The translations under genes and the position numbers were made by a program. 64,000 nt of DNA, from NCBI GenBank assembly GCA_044229975.1, contig JBGARZ010000001.1, forward strand, positions 96,001 to 160,000, given 5' to 3'. Numbering within the stretch: the first letter of the stretch is position 1; the number at the start of each line of letters is the position of its first letter. The notes beneath the pieces are model-generated. The model saw nothing but the letters and a program-made list of their open reading frames with translations, ran no database searches and had not been told where the DNA came from. The stretch comes from Polyangiales bacterium. GTDB lineage: Bacteria; Myxococcota_A; Polyangia; Polyangiales; Ga0077539. Shown here piece by piece: positions 33,550 through 44,337 of this stretch.

Positions 33550-34422
33550 TCAACCACGGGGCGCGGGCACGGGCAAGCCGAGGCGTTCGAGCACGAGCTT
33601 CATGTCCGTCCACACCTCGGCGCGCGCGGTGCTGTTGGGCAGGTCGCGCACGCGCAGCACATACGACGGATGCCACGTGGGCATGACGGCGATGCCGTTG
33701 TACGAGTGCCAGCGGCCGCGGAGGGAGGTCATCGAAGCCTTGCTGTTGAGCAGGTAGTGGGCGGCCGGCTTGCCGAGCGCGACGATGACGTCGGGCTTCA
33801 CCACCTCGATCTGCCGCAGCAGAAACGGCGTGCACGCCGCAACCTCCTCGGGCGCGGGGTCACGGTTGTTGGGCGGACGGCACTTCACGATGTTGGCGAT
33901 GTAGACCTGCTCTTCGCTCAACTTCATCGCCGCGATGATCTTGTCGAGGAGCTGCCCCGCGACGCCCACGAAAGGAAGGCCCGTGCGGTCCTCGTCGGCG
34001 CCCGGCCCCTCCCCGATGAACATCAACCGCGCGTCAGGGTTGCCCCGCGCAAACACCGTCTGCGTCCGCGTCGGTGCCAGCTTGCACGACCTGCAAGCGA
34101 CGACCTCCGCCTGAATCACCTTCAGCGCTCCGACGCGCCCGACCGGTGCCGGTGCCTCGACGACAGGCGCGGCGACCTCGACGACGGCAGCGGGCGGCAC
34201 GACCACGGGCGCCGGTGGCGGTGATGGTGCGATGGGCGCGGCGACCGCGACGGGCTGCGCGACGACGGGCTGTACGACCACGGGCTCGGGCGCTGTTGCC
34301 GCTGTCACGGGGATCACTCCGCGCGAGGGTGCATCGATGAGCCCGGCGTCGCGCTGCCACGTGAGCTGGGCGCCGAGGTCGCGCAGGAGCTGGAGCACTT
34401 CATCCCTGGGCGACGGGTCCAT
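33550..34422 (-). CDS. Uracil-DNA glycosylase family 4 ([4Fe-4S] type) with Pro-rich N-terminal linker
   Basis: [29 protein letters not shown] and HPSY motifs. Confidence 0.93.
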   Translation of the reverse strand: MDPSPRDEVLQLLRDLGAQLTWQRDAGLIDAPSRGVIPVTAATAPEPVVVQPVVAQPVAVAAPIAPSPPPAPVVVPPAAVVEVAAPVVEAPAPVGRVGALKVIQAEVVACRSCKLAPTRTQTVFARGNPDARLMFIGEGPGADEDRTGLPFVGVAGQLLDKIIAAMKLSEEQVYIANIVKCRPPNNRDPAPEEVAACTPFLLRQIEVVKPDVIVALGKPAAHYLLNSKASMTSLRGRWHSYNGIAVMPTWHPSYVLRVRDLPNSTARAEVWTDMKLVLERLGLPVPAPRG

Positions 34423-34525
34423 CACGGCGGGTCGTAGCACCGCCGCGTGCCTTGCCTCCACTCTTCGTCGCCGGTCGCGGGTTGCTTGGCCTCGGGCCGT
34501 CACATCGCGCACCCTCGCGTCGCCC

Positions 34526-35458
34526 ATGCAGCTCCCTCGTCGACAGTTTCTCGCGGGCCTCGCCCTGGGCGTCGCGGCCTGCCGTCGCAGCACCGCCCGC
34601 CCTGCTCCCGACACCATCACCCGCGACGTTCGCCTCCCCGCGATCACGCTCCACACCGTCGAACTCCCCGGCCCCGGACGCATCGCCCGCTGGGTGCTCC
34701 ACGGCGGCCCCGGCCTCGACCACACGTACCTCCGTCCGTGGCTCGACCCGCTCGCCCGCGAGGCACCGCTCGTCTACGTCGACCTGCGCGGACACGGCCG
34801 CTCGTCGGCTCCCCCCGAGGCCGGCGGGTACGCCATCCCCGACGCTGCCACCGACCTCGTCGCGCTCGCCGCGGCCCGCCGCGAGCCCACCGTCGACATC
34901 ATCGCGCACGACTTCGGCGCGACCGTCGCGCTCACCCTCGCCGCGCGTCATCCCGAGGTGGTCCGCCGCGTGGTGCTGGTGTCTCCGCTGCGCGACGGCG
35001 AGCAGGTGCGCGCCGTCGGCAGGCGCTCGCGCGAGGCGCTCGGCGAGGCGGGCTGGGAGTCCATCCGCTCGCTCTCCACGCCGCAGGGGACGCTCCGCGA
35101 CCCGCACTCCCTGCCGCAGCTCTTTCGAGGGCTGGGGCGCATGTGGTGGCATCGGCCCCCGAGCGCGGCGACCATTGACGCCATGGCGCGCTCGATGACC
35201 TACCGGGCCGAGGCCGACGCCAACTTCCTCGCCGCCGCGCAGCGCTTCGACGCCCGCACGCTCGCCTCGGAGGTGCGCGCGCCCGTGCTCGTGGTGAGCG
35301 GCGACGACGACCTCACGTTTCGCCCCGAGGAGAGTCGGGCCCTGTCCGAGCTGCTCCCGCACGGGCGCTATCACGAGATCGCCGCCGCGGGCCACCTCCC
35401 ATTCATCGAACAGCCGGCGGCCTTCGTTCGTGCGGTCGGGGGCTTCCTCGCGGCGTGA
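34526..35458 (+). CDS. Alpha/beta hydrolase, probable Tat-exported lipoprotein
   Basis: RRQFL twin-arginine motif followed by GVAAC; HGGPG, DLRGHGRS, AHDFG and GHLP. Confidence 0.8.
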   Translation: MQLPRRQFLAGLALGVAACRRSTARPAPDTITRDVRLPAITLHTVELPGPGRIARWVLHGGPGLDHTYLRPWLDPLAREAPLVYVDLRGHGRSSAPPEAGGYAIPDAATDLVALAAARREPTVDIIAHDFGATVALTLAARHPEVVRRVVLVSPLRDGEQVRAVGRRSREALGEAGWESIRSLSTPQGTLRDPHSLPQLFRGLGRMWWHRPPSAATIDAMARSMTYRAEADANFLAAAQRFDARTLASEVRAPVLVVSGDDDLTFRPEESRALSELLPHGRYHEIAAAGHLPFIEQPAAFVRAVGGFLAA

Positions 35459-35483
35459 GAGAAGCGGTGTTCTGCATGTTGTA

Positions 35484-35513
35484 TTGACGCGCCGAAAGCA
35501 GTCGGGATAGCGT
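35484..35513 (+). promoter_or_regulatory. Putative sigma70 promoter for the PP2C phosphatase gene
   Basis: TTGACG (35484-35489), 18-nt spacer, TAGCGT (35508-35513), within an AT-enriched intergenic stretch. Confidence 0.5.
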
Positions 35514-35587
35514 GCGCACAGGTTCGGGAGGAAGCGTTCTCCCGCGGAAAACCAAGGGAGCGCGACGTGCCAGGCCACCCCGTGCGC

Positions 35588-36355
35588 ATGGAATTGATCG
35601 GCGAGACAAACGTCGGCATGAAGCGCACCCACAACGAGGACAACTTCTCGATCATGGCGGAGGAGAACCTCGTGATCGTCGCCGACGGCATGGGCGGTCA
35701 CGCCTCCGGCGAGGTCGCCTCGAAGATGGCGGTCGACGCCATGCGCGAGTTCTTCGAGGCCACCGCGAAGGACCCCGACGCGACCTGGCCGTACAAGATG
35801 GACAAGCAGCGGAGCTACGAAGAGAACCGGCTCATCACCGCGGTGAAGCTGGCCAACCTCCGCATCTTCGAGGCTGCCCAGCGCGAGCCGCGGTACCGGG
35901 GCATGGGCACGACCCTGGTGGTGTGCCTCGTGGTGCGCGAGGGCGTCATCGTCGGGCACGTCGGCGACTCGCGGGTGTACCGCATCCGCAACGGGGCCAT
36001 CGACCAGCTCACCGAAGACCACTCGCTGCTCAACGACTACCTGAAGATGCGCAAGCTCACGGAGGAGGAGATCGCCAACTTCCCCCACAAGAACGTGATC
36101 GTGCGCGCCCTCGGGATGAAGGACTCGGTGAAGGTCGACTCGCGGCTCGATCACCCCGTCGCTGGCGATATCTATCTGCTCTGCTCCGACGGCCTCTCGG
36201 GCCCGGTGCCCGACCCCGAGCTCCTCCGGCTGGTCGAAGAGAACAAGAACGACCTCAAGACCGCCGCCTCCCGCCTCATCGCCCGCGCCAACGAAAACGG
36301 GGGGCCGGACAACATCACCTGCTGCCTCATTCGCTGGCTCGGCCCGGCGAACTGA
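35588..36355 (+). CDS. PP2C-type Ser/Thr protein phosphatase (Stp1/IreP family)
   Basis: RTHNED, VADGMGGH..GEVAS, GMGTT, HVGDSR, QLTEDHS, LLCSDGL and GGPDNIT. Confidence 0.95.
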   Translation: MELIGETNVGMKRTHNEDNFSIMAEENLVIVADGMGGHASGEVASKMAVDAMREFFEATAKDPDATWPYKMDKQRSYEENRLITAVKLANLRIFEAAQREPRYRGMGTTLVVCLVVREGVIVGHVGDSRVYRIRNGAIDQLTEDHSLLNDYLKMRKLTEEEIANFPHKNVIVRALGMKDSVKVDSRLDHPVAGDIYLLCSDGLSGPVPDPELLRLVEENKNDLKTAASRLIARANENGGPDNITCCLIRWLGPAN

Positions 36356-36555
36356 CCTCGCCCTCCCCCTCCCTCCCAGACCCTACTGACCGCCCGCACC
36401 CCTGGAACTCCAGTCGTTCACTCTTGAACGACACGGGAATTGCCCACAATTCACCGGGGATTGCCGCGAAAACAGCGGCGCCGGGGCGTGACATATCCTG
36501 ACGGGATGTTCAGTCCGCGAGTAAAGGTCTGTATGCCGTAGCCGTTGAGACTGCT

Positions 36556-37356
36556 ATGGTTTCCTCCGTGAGAAAGCAGCGACCCATGACGGCAGACGAC
36601 TACCTTCGTCTGGCGCTGCATACCGGGTCACCCGACGCCGCCGCCGTCTACGCCGAGAAGGGGCTCCGCTTCGCCTCCGACCGCGTCGACGCCGAGACCC
36701 GCGTCCTCCTGCTCCGAGAGATCTACCGTTCGCACCTCTACGCCCGCCGCGTTCGCTCGGCCCACGCCGTCGCCCGCAAGATGGTGCGCCTCGGGGTCGC
36801 CCAGGAGATCGCCCACGTCGACCTCGGCCGGGCCTGCCTCGCCCTCGGCTGGTGGCTCCGCGCCGCCCAGGCCTACCGCATCGCCGCCCGCAACGCGCCG
36901 GCCTCGCGCCGCGCGCTCCATTGGTTCTCGGTGGGCATCGCCCTCCACCACGCCAACGAGACCGACGAGGCCCTCAGCGCCCTCGACCGCGCCGTCCGCT
37001 GGTCGCTCACCACCCGCGCCCTCCACCGCGCCTACGCCGCCCTCGTGCGCCTCGACGCCGGAGAGCTCCCCGCCGACATCGAAGACTTCAAGGACCTCGT
37101 CGCCGAGCTCGAGTCCGCCCGCTGCGGTGAGGGCTTCGGCCGCTACGTGCTCGGCCTGCTCTACGCCGCGTGCGGCGAGCGGCGCAGCGCCACCCGTCAC
37201 CTGGTGATCTTCGTCCGGCGCAACCAGCACGACCCGATGCGCGCCGTGACCCTGGCCCACGAGCTTCGGCGCGCGCGCCTCTGCCTCCGGTCGCTCCGCA
37301 AGACATCGCAGAGCCCGTCGACGCCGCCCATGAGCACCCCGACGCCCGTCGGATGA
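36556..37356 (+). CDS. Hypothetical TPR-like helical protein
   Basis: Ala/Leu/Arg-rich helical repeats (AHVDLGRACLALG..AAQAY, VGIALHHA..DEALSAL, YVLGLLYAACG); stop overlaps the pilD start. Confidence 0.65.
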   Translation: MVSSVRKQRPMTADDYLRLALHTGSPDAAAVYAEKGLRFASDRVDAETRVLLLREIYRSHLYARRVRSAHAVARKMVRLGVAQEIAHVDLGRACLALGWWLRAAQAYRIAARNAPASRRALHWFSVGIALHHANETDEALSALDRAVRWSLTTRALHRAYAALVRLDAGELPADIEDFKDLVAELESARCGEGFGRYVLGLLYAACGERRSATRHLVIFVRRNQHDPMRAVTLAHELRRARLCLRSLRKTSQSPSTPPMSTPTPVG

Positions 37357-38330
37357 CCGCGCTCGACTTCCCGACCTGGTTCTTTCGGGTCTTCGCGTTC
37401 GCCTTCGGCGCTGCCTGGGGGAGCTTCGCCAACGTGGTCATCTACCGCTGGCCGCTCGGCCTCTCGGTGGTGAGCCCGGCCTCCCGCTGCCCGCACTGCG
37501 AGAAGCCCGTCCGCGCCTACGACAACGTGCCCATCTTCGCGTGGTTCTGGCTGGGCGGAAAATGCCGCGACTGCAAGGCGCCGTTCTCGCCGCGCTACGC
37601 CCTCGTCGAGGCCATGTACGCGGTGTCCGCGCTCGCCCTCGTCGAGCTGCTCCTGCGTACGCAGGGCGACCAGGCGCTGCCCACGTTCTTCGCGCTCTTC
37701 TTCGTGCGCTTCGCCTTCGTGTGGGGGCTGCTGACGGCGTCGTTCATCGACCTCGACACCATGCTCCTGCCAACCTTCATCACCCGCGGTGGCACCGTGC
37801 TGGGCATCGCCGCCAGCGTGATGCTCCCGGGCATCGGGTGGAAGGCTTCCCTTACCGGGGCGGCGCTGGGCTACGCGATCCCGTTCGCGTTTCACTTCGT
37901 GTGGGAGAAGTTCTTGAAGCGCCCAGGGATGGGCCTCGGCGACGCCGAGCTGCTCGCCATGGTGGGCGCCCTCCTCGGCTACCACGGCGTGCTCTTCGCG
38001 CTCTTCGCGGGGTCGCTCCAGGGCATCGTCGCGACCCTGCTGTCCAAGGCCACCGGCTGGAAGCTCACCCCCGACATCTCCGCCGACTACTGGGAGGATG
38101 ACGACGAGGACGACGACGCGAAGGACGGCGAGAAGAAGGCAGAGCCCGCCGCGACGACCGAGAGCACTGAGCCGACCGCAGAGCCCGCAAAGGTCGACCC
38201 CAACGAGGGGCAACCGCTCATGCGAACGATGCTCCCGTTCGGGCCCTTTCTCGCCCTCGGCGGCATCGAGTACCTGCTCGGCGGCGACCAGCTTTTACGC
38301 GCCTACCTCACGATGCTCCAGGGACGCTGA
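37353..38330 (+). CDS. pilD: Prepilin peptidase / N-methyltransferase
   Basis: GSFANVVIYRWP, CPHC and CRDC zinc motifs, FIDLD, GMGLGD and PFGPFL. Confidence 0.93.
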   Translation: MTALDFPTWFFRVFAFAFGAAWGSFANVVIYRWPLGLSVVSPASRCPHCEKPVRAYDNVPIFAWFWLGGKCRDCKAPFSPRYALVEAMYAVSALALVELLLRTQGDQALPTFFALFFVRFAFVWGLLTASFIDLDTMLLPTFITRGGTVLGIAASVMLPGIGWKASLTGAALGYAIPFAFHFVWEKFLKRPGMGLGDAELLAMVGALLGYHGVLFALFAGSLQGIVATLLSKATGWKLTPDISADYWEDDDEDDDAKDGEKKAEPAATTESTEPTAEPAKVDPNEGQPLMRTMLPFGPFLALGGIEYLLGGDQLLRAYLTMLQGR

Positions 38331-38336
38331 AGAGCG

Positions 38337-40402
<2,066 letters not shown>

Positions 40403-40403
40403 G

Positions 40404-41243
40404 TCAGTAGCCCGACGTACCCGCGCCGCCGCTGACGATGGCGACGGAGCTGCTCGCTCCGACGCGCGTCGCGCCGACGGCGATCATCCGATCGGCGTCG
40501 GCCGCGGTGCGAACGCCACCGCTGGCCTTCACCCCGAGCTCGTTGCCCACCACACCGCGCATGAGCGCGATGTCTTCGGCCGTCGCGCCACCACCACCGA
40601 AGCCCGTCGAGGTCTTCACGAAGGAAGCGCCCGCGGCCTTCGAGAGCGCGCACGCGATGACCTTCTCGTCACGCGTAAGCATGGAGGTCTCCAGGATGAC
40701 CTTCACCACGCGGTCGGGCGCGGCGCCCACCACGCGCGCGATGTCGTCGAGCACCAGCGCGTAGTCGCCGGACTTCAGCGCGCCGACGTTGATGACCATG
40801 TCGATCTCGTCGGCGCCGGCGCGGATGGCCTCGGTGGTCTCGAAGGCCTTGGCGTTGGGGCTCATCGCACCAAGCGGGAAGCCAACCACCGCGCAGACCG
40901 CCACCGTCGACCCGCGGAGCTGCTGCTTGCAGAACGGCACGTTGACGCTGTTGACGCAGACCGAGAAGAACCGCCAGGTCATCGCCTCGGAGCACAGCTT
41001 GCGAAGGTCATCGCGCGTCGCGTCGGGCTTGAGCAGCGTGTGGTCGATGACGCGCGCCAGGTCGGGCCGCGGCTGCGCCGTGACCACCTGACCCGCGACG
41101 GGAGCGACCCCTCCGGCACCCGGCGCGGCACCGCCGACCCGCGGCGTCACCGTCGGGCGAACGGCGCCCTTCGCAGGGGCAGCCATCTCCTCCTGCACCC
41201 TCGCCACCACCGCGTCGACCAGTCGATCTATGTCCCTCGCCAT
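40404..41243 (-). CDS. deoC: Deoxyribose-phosphate aldolase with ~60-aa N-terminal extension
   Basis: [45 protein letters not shown] and RVGASS. Confidence 0.95.
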   Translation of the reverse strand: MARDIDRLVDAVVARVQEEMAAPAKGAVRPTVTPRVGGAAPGAGGVAPVAGQVVTAQPRPDLARVIDHTLLKPDATRDDLRKLCSEAMTWRFFSVCVNSVNVPFCKQQLRGSTVAVCAVVGFPLGAMSPNAKAFETTEAIRAGADEIDMVINVGALKSGDYALVLDDIARVVGAAPDRVVKVILETSMLTRDEKVIACALSKAAGASFVKTSTGFGGGGATAEDIALMRGVVGNELGVKASGGVRTAADADRMIAVGATRVGASSSVAIVSGGAGTSGY

Positions 41244-41358
41244 GCCGTCGGCGACCCTACCACGATGTCGTGCGACTGACGCAGGTGCCATCGACACGAG
41301 GGCTCGACTGCCGCATGGGGTACACCTCGTGATGATTGCTTTGAGGAGGTTTCATACG

Positions 41359-44283
41359 ATGCGTCTGTCCCCGACCGCTCTCCGCCTCGCGCCCGCCATC
41401 TCTGTCGCCCTGGCGCTGCTCCAGGGTTGCAGCGATGACCCGGCGAGCGCCTCCGACGCGGGCGCAACGACCGACGTCAGCACCGACCTCGGGCGCGACG
41501 GCGCGGTGAGTGCCGACCGCCCTGGAGCGGATGTTCCGACCGGACCCACGGCCGATCGGCGGCGGGTGCCGGTGGGGTCGACGTTCTATCTCCCAGCGGG
41601 CGATTGGGCGCTGGCGACCAACGTCACGGCCAACATGAACGCCATCTTCCGCGACACCGCGGGCCGCAGCGCCTTCGTCGCGCATGTCCCGGGCGACTAC
41701 CGCTTCACCGAGGCCGCCGGCACGACGGTCTCCGTCACCTTCGTCGACCCCGCGTCGCTCGCCTTCCACAACCTCGACTACTACCCGACGCGCGCCGTGG
41801 CGACGCTCGGCGACCTCGCCTTCGTCGCGAGCGTGCTGCGACCCGAGGTCGTCGCCGTGAACCCTGCCGACTTCACGAGCCCGTTCACGGTTCCAGTGGG
41901 CGCGTGGCCCGTCGCCATCGCGGCGCTCACCCAACGCAACCTGCTGCTCGTCGCCGCCCGCGGCGAAGACACGCTGACCGTCGTCGACGTCGCCGCGCGA
42001 CGACCCACGCGCTCGGTCTGGATCGGCGATGAGGTCAGCAACGTCGTCGTCACCCCCGACGGCGCCACCGCGATCGCGCTGCTCCCCCACGACCGCAAGG
42101 TGGTGTTCATCAACACGATGGACTGGTCGGAGCTCGGGCGCGTCGACGTCGGCAGCGACCCGCACCACATCGCCGTGCGCGCCGACGGCAGCACGGTGTT
42201 TGTCGCCGGTCGGCGCACCGGCCTCGGCGCCATGACCGAGGCGGGCGACCCCGCGGGCGCCGACGTCTCGGAGATCAGCGTCGCGACGCGCGCGGTGGTC
42301 CGCACCATTCATCGGGTCGGGACCACCCTCGGTGGCATCGCGCTCGCGCCCGATGGCAACAGCCTCTTCGTGGCGACGCTGCGCAACGACCCCAGTGCTC
42401 CGGCCACGACCGAGCTCTCGCCGCGCTTCCAACACATGCTCGTGCGCTACGACCTGTCGGGCGCCGGGGCCCGCGAGGCCGCCGCCGTCGACCTCTCGCG
42501 CTCGCGGCCTGGGGCGGTGGTTCCGGTGGGTGACGCGGGTGTCGCGACGGATGCGGGCGCGATGAGCGACGCGGGCGCCGATGCGGCTATTGTAGACGCG
42601 GGGGTGACCGACAGCGGCGTGGCCCCGACCGGGCTCGACGATCGCCGGGTGGTCGGGTTGCAGTGGGTGGGCGTTCGCGATGGGTCGGTGTGGGTCGTCT
42701 CCGAGGGGACCGACCTCGTGCTGCGACTCGACGCCGCGAGCCTCGTCGAGCAGGAGCGCTTCGCCGCACCGGGACGCCCCCGCGCAGCCATCTTCACCAA
42801 CGACGGCACCGTCCTCGCGTTTGGACACCAGACCCAGCAGCTCACGGTCGTGGGCGCGGGCGGTGGTGCGGCGCGCAGCTCCATGGCCCTCGGCCGCGAC
42901 CCGCGATCGGCGGCCGTCGCGCGTGGTCAGGCGTACTTTACCGGCCCTGGTATGCGGGCCGAGCTCGGCGCGGGGCAGGTGCTCGCCGGGGACGTGATGT
43001 CGTGCAGCTCGTGCCACGCCGACGGGCTCACCGACGGCATCGTCTGGCCAACGGGGCCGATCGCAGGCCGCCAGTCGCTGTCGCGCGCGCTGACCCTCCC
43101 AGAGGCGACGGCGCCGCTCGGGTGGCAGGGCGGTTACGGCGCGCTCTCCAACGCGGTCTTCGCGGTCAACATCAAGGTCGGGGTGATGCGCCCCACGCAG
43201 GAGCAGGTGGACGGCCTCGCGGCGTACCTCGCGTCGATGGCGACGCCTCCGGCGGCCAACACGCTCACCGGGCGCGATGGATCGCTCTCCGAAGAGGCGG
43301 CGCGCGGCGCGGTGCACTTCCAGGCGAGCTGCGCGAGCTGCCACGAGGGCTCGCTCACGACCAACCGGGCGCGCGTCGAGCGCGACGTCGGCGGGGGACC
43401 CTTCGCGGATGTCGCGAGCCTGCTCGGCACGGCGCGACTCGGGGCGTGGTTCCCCTCGGGCGCGCAGCGGACGCTCGCGGGTGCGGTCGGTGCCTGGGTC
43501 GATGAGACGCGCGCGCCGCTCAACGCCGTGCAGCGCGCGGAGCTCACCCGCTATGTGGCCGAGCTCACGGGGCGGGACTTCTATGTGACGACCGAGGTGC
43601 CGCGCGCGACGGAGCGCATCGCGACGACGTCTCCCATCACCCTGGTGTTCTCGCAGCCGGTGCTCGACCGACCGGAGAACCTCGCGCGCATCGGATTCAA
43701 CGACCCGAGCGGGCGCCCGCTGGGTGCGCGGGTGGTGGTCGAGGGGCGGCGGCTCACGATCACCCCGACGAGCCCGCTGCTCTTCGGCGGCGAGTACCAC
43801 GTCGTCATCGGCGAAGGCTTCGAGTCCGAGCAGGAGGTGCGCACGGCGCGAGCGCAGGACATCGTGTTTCGCACGGTGGTCCAACCGACACTGAGGATGT
43901 CGGGGGCTTACACGCTCACGTATGCGCCGGCCCCCGGGGCGAGCGCGTCGACCATGCCGAGCACGCTCTCGCTCACGCTTAGCTCCGATGGCGGTGGCCT
44001 CGTGAGCGTCGTCGCCTCCTTCGCGGGCGCGCCGCTCACCTGGCACGGCACCGGGACCGTCTCGGGTCGGCGCCTGCACCTGCCCGCCATGCCGCTCCCC
44101 GTCGGGACCACCTTTGCCGACGCGCCCACCGGCTTCGACGGCGACCTCGGCGACACCGATGGTGACGGCACCGGGGACTTCATCACCACCGGTGCGAGCG
44201 ACGGCGGCGTCCGCGGCTACACCATGGCCGGCCCCGGCTTCGAGGCCCGCGACCTCGCCTGGAACCTCACCCGCTCGCCGTAG
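41359..44283 (+). CDS. Large lipoprotein: YVTN-like beta-propeller, two c-type haem motifs (peroxidase-like dihaem region), Ig-like domain
   Basis: GAGGAGG RBS; lipobox LLQGC; propeller repeats (VPVGAWPVAIA, VDVGSDPHHIAV); CSSCH and CASCH; ITLVFSQPV...LTITP..PL Ig-like segment; DTDGDG motif. Confidence 0.75.
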   Translation: MRLSPTALRLAPAISVALALLQGCSDDPASASDAGATTDVSTDLGRDGAVSADRPGADVPTGPTADRRRVPVGSTFYLPAGDWALATNVTANMNAIFRDTAGRSAFVAHVPGDYRFTEAAGTTVSVTFVDPASLAFHNLDYYPTRAVATLGDLAFVASVLRPEVVAVNPADFTSPFTVPVGAWPVAIAALTQRNLLLVAARGEDTLTVVDVAARRPTRSVWIGDEVSNVVVTPDGATAIALLPHDRKVVFINTMDWSELGRVDVGSDPHHIAVRADGSTVFVAGRRTGLGAMTEAGDPAGADVSEISVATRAVVRTIHRVGTTLGGIALAPDGNSLFVATLRNDPSAPATTELSPRFQHMLVRYDLSGAGAREAAAVDLSRSRPGAVVPVGDAGVATDAGAMSDAGADAAIVDAGVTDSGVAPTGLDDRRVVGLQWVGVRDGSVWVVSEGTDLVLRLDAASLVEQERFAAPGRPRAAIFTNDGTVLAFGHQTQQLTVVGAGGGAARSSMALGRDPRSAAVARGQAYFTGPGMRAELGAGQVLAGDVMSCSSCHADGLTDGIVWPTGPIAGRQSLSRALTLPEATAPLGWQGGYGALSNAVFAVNIKVGVMRPTQEQVDGLAAYLASMATPPAANTLTGRDGSLSEEAARGAVHFQASCASCHEGSLTTNRARVERDVGGGPFADVASLLGTARLGAWFPSGAQRTLAGAVGAWVDETRAPLNAVQRAELTRYVAELTGRDFYVTTEVPRATERIATTSPITLVFSQPVLDRPENLARIGFNDPSGRPLGARVVVEGRRLTITPTSPLLFGGEYHVVIGEGFESEQEVRTARAQDIVFRTVVQPTLRMSGAYTLTYAPAPGASASTMPSTLSLTLSSDGGGLVSVVASFAGAPLTWHGTGTVSGRRLHLPAMPLPVGTTFADAPTGFDGDLGDTDGDGTGDFITTGASDGGVRGYTMAGPGFEARDLAWNLTRSP

Positions 44284-44337
44284 CAGCGCCCCGTCAGTAA
44301 CTGCCGTTCTCCGTGCGCGTCGTGCTACCGCGCGCGG

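Noticed and set aside
34130..34422. UDG N-terminal helix plus Pro-rich linker as a second encapsulation peptide
   Set aside because: N-terminal extensions of this kind are common on family-4 UDGs, and a DNA-repair enzyme is an implausible microcompartment cargo.
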